The notes beneath the pieces were generated by a model. It was given only the letters and a program-made list of their open reading frames with translations, made no database searches and was not told the origin of the DNA. Shown here piece after piece: positions 1 through 14,010 of a DNA stretch of 64,000 nucleotides (position 1 is the first letter of the stretch; every line of letters begins with the position of its first letter). The stretch spans positions 41,242,464 to 41,306,463 of the forward strand of contig NC_043011.1 of NCBI RefSeq assembly GCF_006345805.1, in the 5' to 3' direction. The translations under genes were made by a program, and so were the position numbers. This DNA is from Octopus sinensis. Lineage: Eukaryota.

Positions 1-880
1 ACAACAAACAAATACCATGTTAGAATGTGTGAAGGTGCATGGCTTAGTGGTTAGAATGCTGGACTGATGATCATTAGGTTGAGGGTTCAATTCTCAATTG
101 CAAATCCAATATTTCAAATCTCAAATGCAATTCCTTCAAAGAATTATATGTTAATATGAACAGCAATAATGACATCACCATCATCGTTGATTTTACATCC
201 ATTATTCTATGCTTGCATGGGTCAAATGAAGTCTTATTGAGACAAATTTTGTATGGCTGAATGCTTTTGCTGTCACCAACCTTCACCAGTTTTCAAGCAA
301 GGTAATATTTCCCCACTCCCATGGCCAGACATGCTTCCACAGAAGATTGAAAATAAAAGATACCATTTGAATGATGGTGTCACTCAATTATAACTGTCAC
401 ATAATGTCAAAACAAGGAGACACACACACACTCAATTTCTATCTACCAAATCCACTCATAAGGCTTAAGTGGAAGTCACTTTCCCAAGATGCTGTAAGGT
501 GGGACTGAACCTGAAACCATGTGGCTGTGAAACAAACTTAACAACACAGCCATGCCTTCACTTTTAAACATCATAATTTGAAATCTGAGTGACCTGCATC
601 TGTAGCATGTCAGGAAAGCTATTTTAGTTGTTGCGTCATAGCGCAGTTGTGCTATGGCATTCTCCAGCTAATCAGGGCCGGGCACATATGAATACAAGAG
701 GCAGCTCTCTGCCCATGAAGAGCAGCAGGAGTTTTAACCAGTTAGCAGATAGATGGTAGAAGAGCAACATCTCTCAATATAGAACAGCCTCTCACTAAAT
801 TGGTAACATTATAAATGGACACCAACTAAAAATCTTAGAAACAAAAGTAGATAACAGATTTATAAAATAATAATACAAAC

Positions 881-934
881 CCCAAAATGTTTTGCAACAT
901 ACTCTATCCAAACTTCAGCACAGCTAATGTAGTC
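881..934 (-). CDS. VPS35L: VPS35L exon 15 (gene continues beyond window start)
   Basis: ttttag/gtttgt, 54 nt; DYISCAEVWIEYVAKHFG. Confidence 0.95.
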
Positions 935-3479
935 CTAAAATTTAAAAAAAAAATAAAATGTTAAATTAGGGTTATTATTTTAAAGCTGATAGTTTAACCC
1001 ATTTCTTATATTTCTGCTGACACAGTCTTTCTTTCAATTAATTCTGAAAATAAGGAATTTATCAAAATAACTGTCATTATCCAGCTAGTGTTTGGAACAT
1101 AAATTAGCATGACATGTTGATGGATGATTTTAATTGAGAGCACCTTAAAACAGGGTAGATTTCATATCACAGAACTTAGTTTCAGGAAGTGCAGAGGGAA
1201 GGGGTAAAAAAAGTTAACCCTCTTGTTATCATATCCTGTTGAAACACAATCTTAATTTAAATTATTTGAAAATTATGATGAATTTATTAAAGTAACTGTC
1301 ATTGACATTAAAATTTTATGAAAATCTTTAATTAAGATCATTATAAAAACAGAGACGAGTTTGTATCATAGAATTAAAAGTAGTTCTAAATGGATTGAAG
1401 CCAAAAGGGTTAAGAACAAGAATGGAACATTTACTTATAGGAGTAACTCAATACTGAACATAGAGTCTTTGCTGTAAAGTTTGCTGTTAGACAAAACTTG
1501 AAGACCCAATCATCATAAACTTTCCAATAAAAAAAAAATATACACAGATATAATGTATAAACAAAGACATTTATGATTTTTAAGTATATTTAATTAATTT
1601 TAGTTTTTTTAGTTTTAGACATGCAGTGCCAGCTTAAACCTATAGTTTTATTCTGAAATGTATTATAACATATAATGTATTATTGAATAAATCTAAGATC
1701 TCCACCAACACATAAGTTATACACACAATGCCAGCTGAAATTTTAGACTTATTCTATGGTGCAATATAGTGTCGTGAATCAGTAATTTATATGAACATAT
1801 ACACACATATATATATCGTTTGTTTTAAAGTTCACTTTTTCATACATGCACGAGTCAGACTAAATTTGTTGAGGCATAAATTCATCTAACTTATGCTAGC
1901 ATGGAAAAATGAACATAAAAATGAACAGGAGTGGCTGTGTGGTAAGTAGCTTGCTAACCAACCACATGGTTCCGGGTTCAGTCCCACTGTGTGGCACCTT
2001 GGACAAGTGTCTTCTGCTATAGCCCTGGGCCGACAAATGCCTTGTGAGTGGATTTGGTAGATGGAAACTGAAAGAAGCCTGTCGTATATATGTATGTGTG
2101 TGTGTGTGTCTGTGTTTGTCCCCCTAGTATTGCTTGACAACCGATGCTGGTATGCTTACGTCCCTATCACTTAGCGGTTCGGCAAAAGAGACCGATAGAA
2201 TAAGTACTGGGCTTACAAAGAATAAGTCCCGGGGTCGAGTTGCTCGACTAAAGGCGGTGCTCCAGCATGGCTGCAGTCAAATGACTGAAACAAGTAAAAG
2301 AGAGTAAAGAGAAATACAACCAAAAGAACTAGCTTTCATCATTTATATTTAGCACAACGGGCTCGGAGCTTCTGCACAGTTGCTGTCTATCAAATTCTGT
2401 TCACAATTTGTATGGATGCACAATTTGTATGGAGTTACCTTCTCTTAGATAAGTGGTTAAAGCGCTGAAAGCCCCCCCCCCACCACCACCACCACACACA
2501 CCACCATCCCTGAGTCAGTTATGGTATCTGGCAGCGACATTCTTCTGATGGCAATTCTGTGACATGTCAATTCTTTTCTACTCTAGGCACAGGGCCTGAA
2601 ATTTTGGTGGAGGTGGGGGTCAGTCGATTAGACTGACCCCAATACGCAACTGGTACTTAATTTATCAACCCCGAAAGGATGAAAGGCAAAGTCAACCTCG
2701 GCGAAATTTAAACTCAGAACGTAAAGACAGACGAAATACCTATTTCTTTACTACCTACAAGGGGCTAAACACAGAGAGGACAAACAAGGACAGACAAACG
2801 GATTAAGTCGATTATATCGACCCCAGTGCGTAACTGGTACTTATTTAATTGACCCCGAAAGGATGAAAGGCAAAGTCTACCTCGGCCTTTCATCCAGACA
2901 GACGAAATACCGCTAAGTATTTTACCCGGCATGCTAATGTTTCTGCCAGCTCGCCACCTTAATTCTTTTCTACTCTAGGCACAAGGCCCAAAATTTTGTG
3001 GGAGGGGGCCAATCAATTAGACTGACCCGAGTATACAACTGGTACTTAACTTATCAACCCCAAAAGGATGAAAGGTAAAGTCGACCTCGGCGAAATTTGA
3101 ACTCAGAATGTAAAGACAGATGGAACACTGCTAAGCATTTTGCCCAGTATGCTAACGTTTCTCCCATAACTGAGACCCTGACAGGTACTACTACTCCGAG
3201 CCTGAGGGGACCTAGAAACAACAGTGGCTAAAGAGATAGTTCCATACACATCAAAGCACTGGAAGACTTAAGCCAGAGCACCATGGCTTGATGCAGTTTA
3301 AGTTATAGCCAAGGTTACAAACTGCAGACTGCTCTCTTATCCACTGGTTGACTGAAAACTTATGACCTGCCCATCCATGTTCTGACCAAAGAGTGTGTGT
3401 GTCTTTTATACAATTTCAGGATTTCAGAAAGAAGGAGAAATAGATATAATCAAAGAGAAAAGAAAAACAATTTACATAC

Positions 3480-3596
3480 CCTAGGGTGTTTCAATTTCAT
3501 TATACTTTTCCACACATCGTTAAGTATTGATAAACGTTGGTTGGCAGGTGGATCAGCCAGAATGAGGCAGGCTCCAAGGGTACGGTATAACATGTG
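3480..3596 (-). CDS. VPS35L: VPS35L exon 14
   Basis: tttcag/gtatgt, 117 nt; HMLYRTLGACLILADPPANQRLSILNDVWKSIMKLKHPR. Confidence 0.96.
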
Positions 3597-5123
3597 CTGA
3601 AAAATAAGAAAGTCAATAAATAATTTTTTTTTTAAATGAAAAAAAATTTCATCAGTATCACCATATTGTTAGTCAACCCTTAAGATACAAAATCTTGAGG
3701 GCTTTATCCCCTGAACCTTTTTTTTTTTCTTATTCTTTCATCTTTTAGTCAGGACATGATTGTTTAGTAGGGAGGAAGGTTTCCTGAAAATCCCGGGCCC
3801 AAAAGTTTGCAACAGAGTGCATTAAAGGACACCGAAGGTGGCAAGTGTTGTTGTTAAACTGAGTGACAGATTAAATTTACCATGAATAGGTCATGGCAGG
3901 ATTTGAACTCTGAACACAAAAACCTGGAATATATACCACAATTTTCTTACAGTTCTGCCAGCACCTCTCCTTGGATTAGCACTTTTATTGATCCTGGAAG
4001 GATGAAAGGCAAAGTTGACTGTGGCAAGATTTGAACACTGAGCACAAAAAACTAGAAATACCACAAAGCATTCAGTCCAGTGGTCTAACAACTCTGCCAA
4101 TTTACTGTCTTGACCCTTTAGCATTTAAACTGACCGTATCTGGCCCAAATATTCTTCTTGTTTTATATTCAAACTGGTCTTGTCTGACCTCACATACACT
4201 TATTCTGTACCTGGCACTCCGTCGGTTACGATGACGAGGGTTCCAGTTGATCTGATCAACGGAACAGCCTGCTCATGAAATTAACATGCAAGTGGCCAAG
4301 CACTCCACAGACATGCATATCCTTAATGTGGTTCTCAGGGAGATTCAGCATGACACAGAATGTAACAAGACTGGTTATTAGAATTACAGGTACAACTCAT
4401 TTTTGCCAGCTGAGTGAACTGAAGCATAGTGAAAAAATGTCTTGCTCAAGGACATGACACACTGCTAAGAATTGAACTCACAGCTTTACAATTGTGAGCC
4501 GAATACCCTAATCACCAAGCCACGAGCCTTCACCTACCTTATAATGTCATTCTAAAAATAAACAATCTCATCCAGAATTTCAAAGTTATGAGATATCATC
4601 ATCATCCAGTGTTTTAAATCCAGGTTTTGTCCCCAATAACAGGGGTGGCTGGACCTACCTCGATGTCATAGCAACTGAGGTAGGCAGGTGCAGCACACCC
4701 CAACCTTTGCCCATCTCCTTTGCTATCATGAGGCTTTTTTGGAGTTGGATTTTCTATGGGTAGCATGCCCTTGCTTACCCCCAACCTCAGTTTCTAGACA
4801 TGAGTGGTCCCGAGATCAAGGCCTCTACCACGATTTTTAAGAAATGTGGTGGAAAACTAGCAAGGCAGGGACGCTACTCCCTGAGACCCCTTTCGGAGAC
4901 CCCTACAAGATAATGCATGATTAATTTAAAACAATGTGAATAAAAGACAATTGCATTTGACAGAGTAATCTGAATGTTAAAGGGTTAAAAGAAGCACAGG
5001 TTTTAAGAAAAGGGGTTGGGATTTGTGGGTTTCATGATGGTTGTAACCTGGACAACAGCAAATGACCAAAAGCACATTTGAGGATAACAAGCTATTTAGG
5101 GTCCAAGTATGTCACACACGCAC

Positions 5124-5235
5124 CTTTGGAAAGCCAGACTCTTCACAGTTCTTAATCATTTCCACAAACTGGGATGCTCTGTTCGCTATGTAGCTGGGTT
5201 GGAATGCAGAAATTATGGAATTCAGCAACAGAGCA
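5124..5235 (-). CDS. VPS35L: VPS35L exon 13
   Basis: ttgcag/gtgcgt, 112 nt; [38 protein letters not shown]. Confidence 0.96.
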
Positions 5236-5666
5236 CTGCAATGAAAAGATGAGAGAAAAATAAAAATTATTACACACACACATATCTCTTTTACTTGTTT
5301 CAGCCATTTGACTGTGGCCATGCTGGAGCACAGCCTTTTGTTGAGCAAATCGACCCCAGGTCTTATTCTTTGTAAGCCCAGTACTTATTCTATCGGTCTC
5401 TTTTGCCAAACCGCTAAGTGATGGGGACGTAAACACACCAGCATCAGTTGTCAAGCAATGCTAGGGAGACAAACACATACATACATATACACACACACAC
5501 ACACATATATACGACAGGCTTCTTTCAGTTTCCGTCAACCAAATCCACTCACAAGGCATTGGTCGGCCCGGCGCTATAGCAGAAGACACTTGCCCAAGAT
5601 GCCACGCAGTGGGACTGAACCTGGAACCATGTGGTTGGTTAGCAAGCTATTTACCACACAGCCACT

Positions 5667-5764
<98 letters not shown>

Positions 5765-6276
5765 ATATCTTATTATAAAAGGCAGATTTTATCTGCCTCC
5801 CTTTGGGAGTTATACAAATCTACAATATAGGATTTCTTCAATTACAATTTACCTTGCATTTTTAAGAGTACAATGCATCGCGTCATGCCAGGTCCAGTTT
5901 TTAAAATTTAAACTCCAGTTAAGCAAAATTTACAGAAAACTCACATTCTGGTGTGTGTGTCAAATGTTTTTCTTAGTCTGGTTTACAGCACACGCAAACG
6001 CACACACACAGTGGGCAACGAATAAAATGAAAGTAATTGACTTACTGTAGTGAGTGATTCTTTCACTCTGCCTCCCACTTCCTCTTTCCACACAGACACG
6101 CAAATATATAAATAAAATTGTAAGCTAACGTGCGTGTGTGTGAGTGAGTGTGTGTGGGTGTGCGCGTGTGTGTGTGTGTGAGGGTGCGTGTGTGTGTGTG
6201 TGTGTGTGTGTGCGTGAGTGTGTGACAGGAAAGTTTTTTTACGACGAATATAACACCTATATCCAAGTAGCAGAAA

Positions 6277-6650
6277 GATAAGACAGTAAGGTGTGATTTG
6301 AGGGAGATTTGGCTGCTATTTCTACCATGTCTAGCTGCCATGTAGGGGTCTCCCTCATAGGCTCATACATACATATATACATAGATAAGACAGTAAGGTG
6401 TGATTTGGGGGAAATTTGGCTGCTATTTCTACCAGGTCTAGCTGCCATGTAGGGGTCTCCCTCATAGGCTCATACATACATATATACATAGATAAGACAG
6501 TAAGGTGTGATTTGGGGGAAATTTGGCTGCTATTTCTACCAGGTCTAGCTACCATGTAGAGGTCCCCCTCATTGGCTCATATATATATACATACATAAGA
6601 CAGTAAGGTGTGATTTGAGGGAGATTTGGCTGCTGTTTCTACCAGGTCTG
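6277..6650. repeat. 107-bp minisatellite, about 3.5 copies
   Basis: ATAAGACAGTAAGGTGTGATTTG units starting near 6277, 6384, 6491 and 6594. Confidence 0.92.
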
Positions 6651-7010
6651 TTAGGCCTTCTCATGTAAACTCAAGCTTTCTCATGCCTTCAACATATGAC
6701 CAAAGCAGAGAATGTATTCTTTTATTCTTCTGCTTTTTCCAGCCATTGGTCTGTGGCCATGCTGGGGCAATGCCTTGAAGAATTGTAGTTTAATGAATCA
6801 ACTCCAGTTTTATTTTTGTAAGCATTGTACTTATTCTATCTGTTTCCTTTGTCAAACCACTAGGTGACAGGGATGTAAACAAACCAACATTCGTTGTCAA
6901 GCAGTGGTGGAGGACAATCACAAGCACAGACACGCACACACACACACATACATGCATACACATATACACACATACATACATACATATATATATATGTGTG
7001 TATATATATA

Positions 7011-7268
7011 TTGCAGCGTGGAAGGTGTTTGTAAGCCATTAAGAAACACACAAAAACCGTTACATTCACTTCAACATTTAAATTTAATTTGCCAAAATAT
7101 TTTCGTCGCTTTCAGACCGCGACCTGTTCACTGACAAAAATATCATGCTAACAGGTCGCGGTCTCAAAGCGACGAAAATATTTTCACAAATTAAATTTAA
7201 ATGTTGAAGTGAATCTAACGGTTTTTGTGTGTTTCTTAAATGGCTTATAAACACCTTCAACGCTGCAA
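7011..7268. repeat. Foldback palindrome, ~118-bp arms, 21-nt loop
   Basis: 7011-7128 is the reverse complement of 7150-7268 with few mismatches. Confidence 0.92.
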
Positions 7269-7438
7269 CTGCTTTCGTTCCAGCACACGATCTCAGATCA
7301 AGTCACTTGCTATGCAAGTACATCTCTGTAACTATATATATATATTTATATATATATATATATATATATGTATATTGGTAAAAACAGTAAGATAACAAAA
7401 GAAAGAAAGAGACCTCAATATTATGTAAATAGAGGAAA

Positions 7439-7824
7439 TCTTTATATATAAAAGTGAGGTTGTGTGTCTGTCTCCTACGATTTAGATTCCTAACTACTCC
7501 CACATTTTGCAGTGCAGTTTAACCAATCTTATAGTCGTGATTCATATCGAGACCGTCTGGGTATTAGCGCGCATCTATGATGAGTCTACGATTTAAAAAA
7601 AAATTTACCATCAATTTTTCCCATTTTTAATCCATTTTTGACATATATAAGGGAAGTAACTCTCTAAAATTTATTATTAAATCTCAGAATGTAAAAAGCT
7701 ACAGTAACACCCCTCCCCCTTTGTGGTTAGCCATATTGAGATGGCTATTATACTTTACATCTCTAAAAATGCTTATATAATTATTTCCCTTACAAACCCG
7801 AGCAACGCCGGGCGATACTGCTAG
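7439..7824 (+). mobile_element. Non-autonomous Helitron
   Basis: 5' TC, 3' CCCGAGCAACGCCGGGCGATACTGCTAG, inserted between A and T. Confidence 0.82.
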
Positions 7825-7835
7825 TATATTATATA

Positions 7836-7891
<56 letters not shown>

Positions 7892-9135
7892 TGGCACTGT
7901 CAGTTACAACAACAAGGGTTCCAGTTGATCCAAACAACAGAACTGCCTGCTCACGAAATTAACATGCAAGTGGTTGAGCACTCCACAGACACATGTACCC
8001 TTAACGTAGTTCTCAGGTGAGATTCAGCATGACACAGAGTGTGACAAGGCTGGCCCCCTTTGAAATACAGGTACAACAAAAACAGGAAGAAAGAGTAAGA
8101 GAAAGTTGTGGTGAAAGAGTAGAGCAGGGTTCACCACCACCTGCTGCCAGAGCCTTATGGAGCTTTGAGTGTTTTCACCTAATGAAGACAATGCCTGGTC
8201 TGGGAATTGAAACCACAATTCTACGACTTCAAGTCCACTGCTCTAACCATTGGGCCATTGTGCCTCCGTATATATACATATATATCACCACATAAAAAAC
8301 ATCCAGTCTACACTGTAAAGTGGTTGGCATTTCGAAGGGCATTCAGCTGTAAAAATCATGCCAAAACTAACCTCACCTGTGCAAGTGCCACATAAAAAGC
8401 ACCGAGTCCATTTCTGCAGAGTGGTTAATGTTAAGAAGGGCATCCAGCTGTAAAAACACTGTCAAAACAGACATAGTAGCATAGGGTAGTGTTTTTTTTC
8501 TACCTGGCCAGCTCCTCTGAACCATCCTACCCATGAATGCATGGAAGATGGATGTTAAACGATTATATATATATATCAGTGGAAGTGATCAATATCAGTG
8601 GAATTTGTAGCTGTGATACCAGTGCCGGTGGCACGTAGAGAACCATCCGGATGTGGCTGTAGCCAGCGCCGCCAGACGTTAAATGATGATGATGATGATA
8701 TATATATAATGGCAAAATGTCTGTCTGTGTGTGTCCTTTATACAAATCCACAATTTTTCAGTTAGAGGGCTCGCACTTTCTATGATCATTCAAAACCGTC
8801 CAAGGGTGGTCGTGCACATCTTTGCATTTCCCCAGTCACCCTGCAAAGCCATTAAAAATTCAATAGAAGTGACTTTTTTGTGAATTTTCTATCCAAAACC
8901 CAATCAAAATGCCCGAAACTTGATACGCCAATTGAATGCTGGCTAGCTGTATGTGATTGGTCGGAGATTTGGACAGTACTCGTGTGTATGTGTGCATGCA
9001 TGCAGCTGTATATGCATGCACATATGTATGTATGTATTTACTATCTGCATACATGCATGCATGCATACATACATACATACATACATACAAATTTCTTAAC
9101 CTCCCTGACAAAGTCGCACCTATATAAACAAGAAA

Positions 9136-9365
9136 AAGGCAGCGAGCTGGCAGAAACGTTAGCACGCCGGGTGAAATGCGTAGCCGTATTTCGTCTGCTG
9201 TTACATTCTGAGTTCAAATTCCGCCGAGGTCGACTTTGCCTTTCATCTTTTCGGGGTCAATAAATAAAGTACCAGTTACGCACTGGGGTCGATGTAACCG
9301 ACTTAATCCCTTTGTCTGTCCTTGTTTGTCCCCTCTGTGTTTAGCCCCTTGTGGGTAGTAAAGAA
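9136..9365 (+). mobile_element. tRNA-derived SINE family B (representative)
   Basis: GAGCTGGCAGAAACGTTAGC...GAGTTCAAATTCC...CTTTCATC; similar copies about 2570-3170(-), 10195-10385(-), 35005-35390(-), 47990-48200(+). Confidence 0.8.
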
Positions 9366-9481
9366 ATATATAAAAACTAGAAAAATTTTCAGGTAATTGC
9401 AACAATGATTAACTGAACATCTCTGATGTTTCTGCAAAGAAGAATAAAAAAATTTTAGAAATATAAATACAGATACCTCAC

Positions 9482-9651
9482 CTATTGCAATGATCACTTG
9501 TCTTTTTTAGAATTTGTTCCAAAGTCTCAGATGTCGCCTCATGAGCCAAACACTGCAGTAACCAGTCCAAAGCAGGAGAATATAGAGTTAAATATTTTGG
9601 TGTCTCCAGTTTCTGCCTGGCCAGTACATTCTGTACACCGTCCTCTTGAGT
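9482..9651 (-). CDS. VPS35L: VPS35L exon 12
   Basis: ctttag/gtgagg, 170 nt; TQEDGVQNVLARQKLETPKYLTLYSPALDWLLQCLAHEATSETLEQILKKTSDHCN. Confidence 0.93.
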
Positions 9652-11120
9652 CTAAAGTTCAGGGTTCAAAAATAAATGAGTGGAGTGAAACAGGGAATAG
9701 AAATAATGATAGGACTCAGTGAAAAGAATTCAAAGAAATGCATTAAAGGTGTCACACACTTCATTCCAGCTGTGCTTAGACATTATGAAAACGCATATAG
9801 GGTAGCTGGTAGGAGAGATCTCTCAAAGTATTATTATTCAAAAACACAACGTCTCACAACTTCTGTTGTCATCTACATTTGATGCTGATATAGATTGGAC
9901 AGTGAAGGTGCATGGCTTACAATTGTAAGAGCATGAGCTCAATTTCTGGTGGTGCACTTTATATTTCATTGCTCCAGTTCACTCAGCTGACAAAGATGAC
10001 TAGTAGCTGGAATTCAAAGGGAACCCAGGTTCGAAATTACCCCAAGGCACCTGATGAAGCCTGGAAAGTATATCAGCTGAAACAAGATGAGGACAAATAT
10101 CCGTCAAATGTAAATAATGTAAATAAAGTCACTACAGTGTTTCAAGGTTAGCCACCAACTGGTATTTTTATTGAGACTCCATCTCTAGTAAGATTCCTTT
10201 CTACTCTAGGCACGAGGCCTGAAATTAGATCGACTCCAGTACGCAACTGGTACTTAATTTATCAACCCCAAAAGGATGAAAGGTAAAGTCGACCTTGGTG
10301 GAATTTGAACTCAGAACGTAAAGACAGACAAAATACCACTAAGGATTTTCCCTGTGGTGCTAACGTTTCTGCCCGCTTGCCACCCTTGAGGGACATGAAT
10401 ATTGAGGGAGATGAATATTGCAGGAGGTGAATATAACGACAGGACATATTATGGATATGAAGGGCATCCAGCTGTAGAAACTCTGCCAGATCAAGATTGA
10501 AGCCTGGTGCAGCCATCTGGCTCGCCAGCCCTCAGTCATACGTCCAACCCATGCTAGCATGGAAAGCGGACATTAAACAATGATAATGATGATGATATAA
10601 AAGGGAGAAACAAAAAACACACTAACATATACATAACTTCAAACACACACACACACGTCTTTGACCAATATTACACATTTGTAATGATGTAAGTTCATAA
10701 ACACATCTAATACCAATATCATACACATACATATCAACATCATCCACACATCTACGTATACAAACACACACATCAAATGAAAAAAACATGCCCGTGTACA
10801 CTCACACTCGCATGTATGCATCAACATCATGCATATTGCTATGCATACAAACAAAAAATAGAGGTGAACACTAACTTTACAAACGAACACCTCCGGCTAA
10901 CATTGCACAATATAACTTCAAACATTCCACTTATGTTATACAACATAAACATCTATGTACACAGACACCCATGTCAAAAGAGGTGAGGTAAAAAAAAAAA
11001 AAAAATGGATACGTGCACACACATACACACACATAATTAACTTTACAGATGCACATATTTAGAATCAACATTTGACCAACACACAAACTTATGTAAAAAA
11101 AAAAAAATCTCCATAATTAC

Positions 11121-11198
11121 CTGATGGTAGGTAAAGAGAAAATCATCAAAGCACGGCAGTAAGTGTTCACGGTACCCGAAAGCTACTGTGGCTCCCAC
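11121..11198 (-). CDS. VPS35L: VPS35L exon 11
   Basis: ttccag/gtaatt, 78 nt; VGATVAFGYREHLLPCFDDFLFTYHQ. Confidence 0.9.
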
Positions 11199-12844
11199 CT
11201 GGAACATAACACAATGGAAGCATTTTAAGATGTGCTGGTCATAAAACAACACATGGATGCAGGGAAGAACAAGTTCTTCATTTATTTCATCTGTTCATTT
11301 CACCCTTTAGTACTCAAACCAACCATATTAGGCCCAAATATTCTGCCCATTTTATGGTCAAACTGACCAGATAAGGACTTTCACACCTACCCTAAAATGT
11401 TATTCTAAAAGTAAATCATTGACTTCTCAAAGCTAATTAGCTAATGTATGATAAATTTTTTTAAAAAAAGCGAATAAAGCGTAGGAGTGGCTGTGTGGTA
11501 AGTAGCTTGCTTACAAATCACATGGTTCCGGGTTCAGTCCTACTGTGTGGCACCTTGGGCAAGTGTCTTCTACTATAGCCTTGTGAGAGGATTTGGTAGA
11601 CGGAAACTGAAAGAAGCCCATCATTGTGTGTGTGTGTGTGTGTGTGTGTGTCTGTGTTTGTCCTCCCAACATCACTTAACAACCGATGCTGGTGTGTTTA
11701 CGTCCCTGTAACTTAGTGGTTCAGCAAAAGAGACCGATAGAGTAAGTACTAGGCTTACAAAGAATAAGTTCTGGGGTCGATTTGCTCGACTAAAGGCGGT
11801 GCTCCAACATGGCCGCAGTTAAATGACTGAAACAAGTAAAAGAGTAAAAAAAAAAAAGAGTAAGTAAACATCATATTTGAATGCTTACGGATTAATGTCC
11901 ACTTTTCTATGCCCATGTGGCTTGGGTGGGAATTCATTCTTTGAGGCAGGATTTTACCTGTGCCGGTGGCATGTAAAAAGCACCCACTACACTCTTGGAG
12001 TGGTTGACGTTATGAATGGCATCCAGCTGTAGAAACCTTGCCAAATCAGACTGGAACTTAGTGCAGCTCGCTGGTTTACCAGTTTTCAGTCAAACTGTCC
12101 AACCCATGCCAGCATGGAAAGCAGACATTAAACGATGATATGATCCTCTTTCTGTTCCCTCACAAATGTTTGAAAGCTGCAACCAGTTATAATGCCAAAA
12201 AAAGGAATTGTAGGCATCTCAACCATTTTGCTCAAACGGTAACAAGTGAAATATCAACATTCATGCTGAGGCATGGCAATGTGGTTAACAAGCTCACTCA
12301 GCAACCATGTGCAGAGATGTGGATTCTGTCTTTCAACCAGGACCTATCTTCATGTAAAGACAATTGAATTCTGATGTTATGGGCTGGTAGCTTCCTTCCA
12401 AGAGGTGAGTCTGATAATACAAACAGGGCTCTTCTTTGAAGAGAAACAAGCTGTGTTGTCTCAGGGAGAGACCCTCTTTCTAAGAAGGGACATGAATTCT
12501 GTCTTTGAATGAGGAGATATGAATTCTTATTTGGACTGGTATCTTCCTTCTAAGACAGAAATCCTAATATCACAAGCAGGGACCATCTTTGAATGAGGAT
12601 AGAAAGGCTCTGCTGTCTCAGACAGTGGGTTTTTGCTTTAGAGGGGAAGTGAATTTTGTCTTTCAATGAGGACCTATCAATGAATTAGGGGAGATGAGTC
12701 CTGACATTTCAGGCATGACACATTTTATTAATGAAGCAAGACGTGTTCTGACATTTTGGGTAGAGGTCCTTTTCAGGCCAGAGAGCCCCACTTTAAATGA
12801 GGAGTGAATTCCATTGTTTGAATAACTAAGATAGAAGTACTTCA

Positions 12845-13090
12845 AGCAAAAGTCAACTTGAAGCCTCAGGACTCATAGCACAAGAAGTTGTCTCAATTTA
12901 TTTTATTAACCGTTTCATTCTTTTGCTAGCATGAACCATGGCTATCCTTGGATCTAGAAGTCATTCAAAGGTCAACCTGAAACCTCAGGACTCACTTCTC
13001 ACAACACAATAATTTGTCTTATTTGATGTATTTTATTAACTGTTTCATTTTTTTGTTAGCATGAACCATGGCTATCCTTGGATCTAGAAT
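12845..13090. repeat. ~120-bp tandem duplication
   Basis: CCTCAGGACTCA...GCATGAACCATGGCTATCCTTGGATCTAGAA occurs twice. Confidence 0.85.
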
Positions 13091-13287
13091 TATTTTCTTT
13101 GTAAAATAACTCTAGTTTAAGATCAGAAGAGTATATCTCAAAGGAAAAGAAACCCTATTACACTTCAAAAAATGTTTATACCAGATGAACAATACTTTAG
13201 CTATGTTAACACGAGGTAAGGGGGGAATTTTAAGGAATTTTATTCGCAAATTTGGAGAGGGTTTGTTATAAAATTTATCAAACTTAC

Positions 13288-13381
13288 CCGACATAAATAA
13301 CAGCGAGCATATGCTGCAACTAACGGATCACCAATTCCTCTTATCATAGATGCCAGCCTCTTCAAAGAATTGCCATGTTCT
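13288..13381 (-). CDS. VPS35L: VPS35L exon 10
   Basis: ttatag/gtaagt, 94 nt; [31 protein letters not shown]. Confidence 0.96.
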
Positions 13382-13599
13382 CTATAAACAAATTAAAAGA
13401 CAGAGGTAAATGCAACCCTAAAATTATCACTCAATTTTAATGTCTGTTTCTTTGGGTTCATTCTTCCAAGGAATGAGATGATTGGGTATCACTGTTTGGA
13501 TACTGATGATTTGGCACTGCTGACTGGACATTTAGCATTTTTTGGGAAATGGTAGTTTTTGGTACTGGAGGCAAACATGCAGAAATATGCACATACAGA

Positions 13600-14010
13600 G
13601 AGAGAGAGAGAAGGGAGGGGAGGGAGACGAGGGAGGGAGGGAGAGACAAGGGAAGGAGGAAGAGAGAGACAAGGGAGAGAGGAAGAGAGAGACAAGGGAG
13701 AGAGGAAGAGAGAGACAAGGGAGAGAGGAAGAGAGAGACAAGGGAGAGAGGAAGAGAGAGACAAGGGAGAGAGGAAGAGAGAGACAAGGGAGAGAGGAAG
13801 AGAGAGACAAGGGAGAGAGGAAGAGAGAGACAAGGGAGGGAGGGAGAGAGAGACAAGGGAGGGAGAGAGAGACAAGGGAGGGAGAGAGAGAGACAAGGGA
13901 GGGAGGGAGGGAGAGAGTGACAAGGGAGGGAGGGAGGGAGAGAGTGGCAAGGGAGAGAGGGAGAGAGAGACAAGGGAGGGAAGGAGAGAGACAAGGGAGT
14001 GAGAGAGAGA
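13600..14010. repeat. Polypurine minisatellite, 23-bp unit GAGAGAGACAAGGGAGAGAGGAA
   Basis: About 410 bp almost purely A/G on + strand. Confidence 0.95.
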
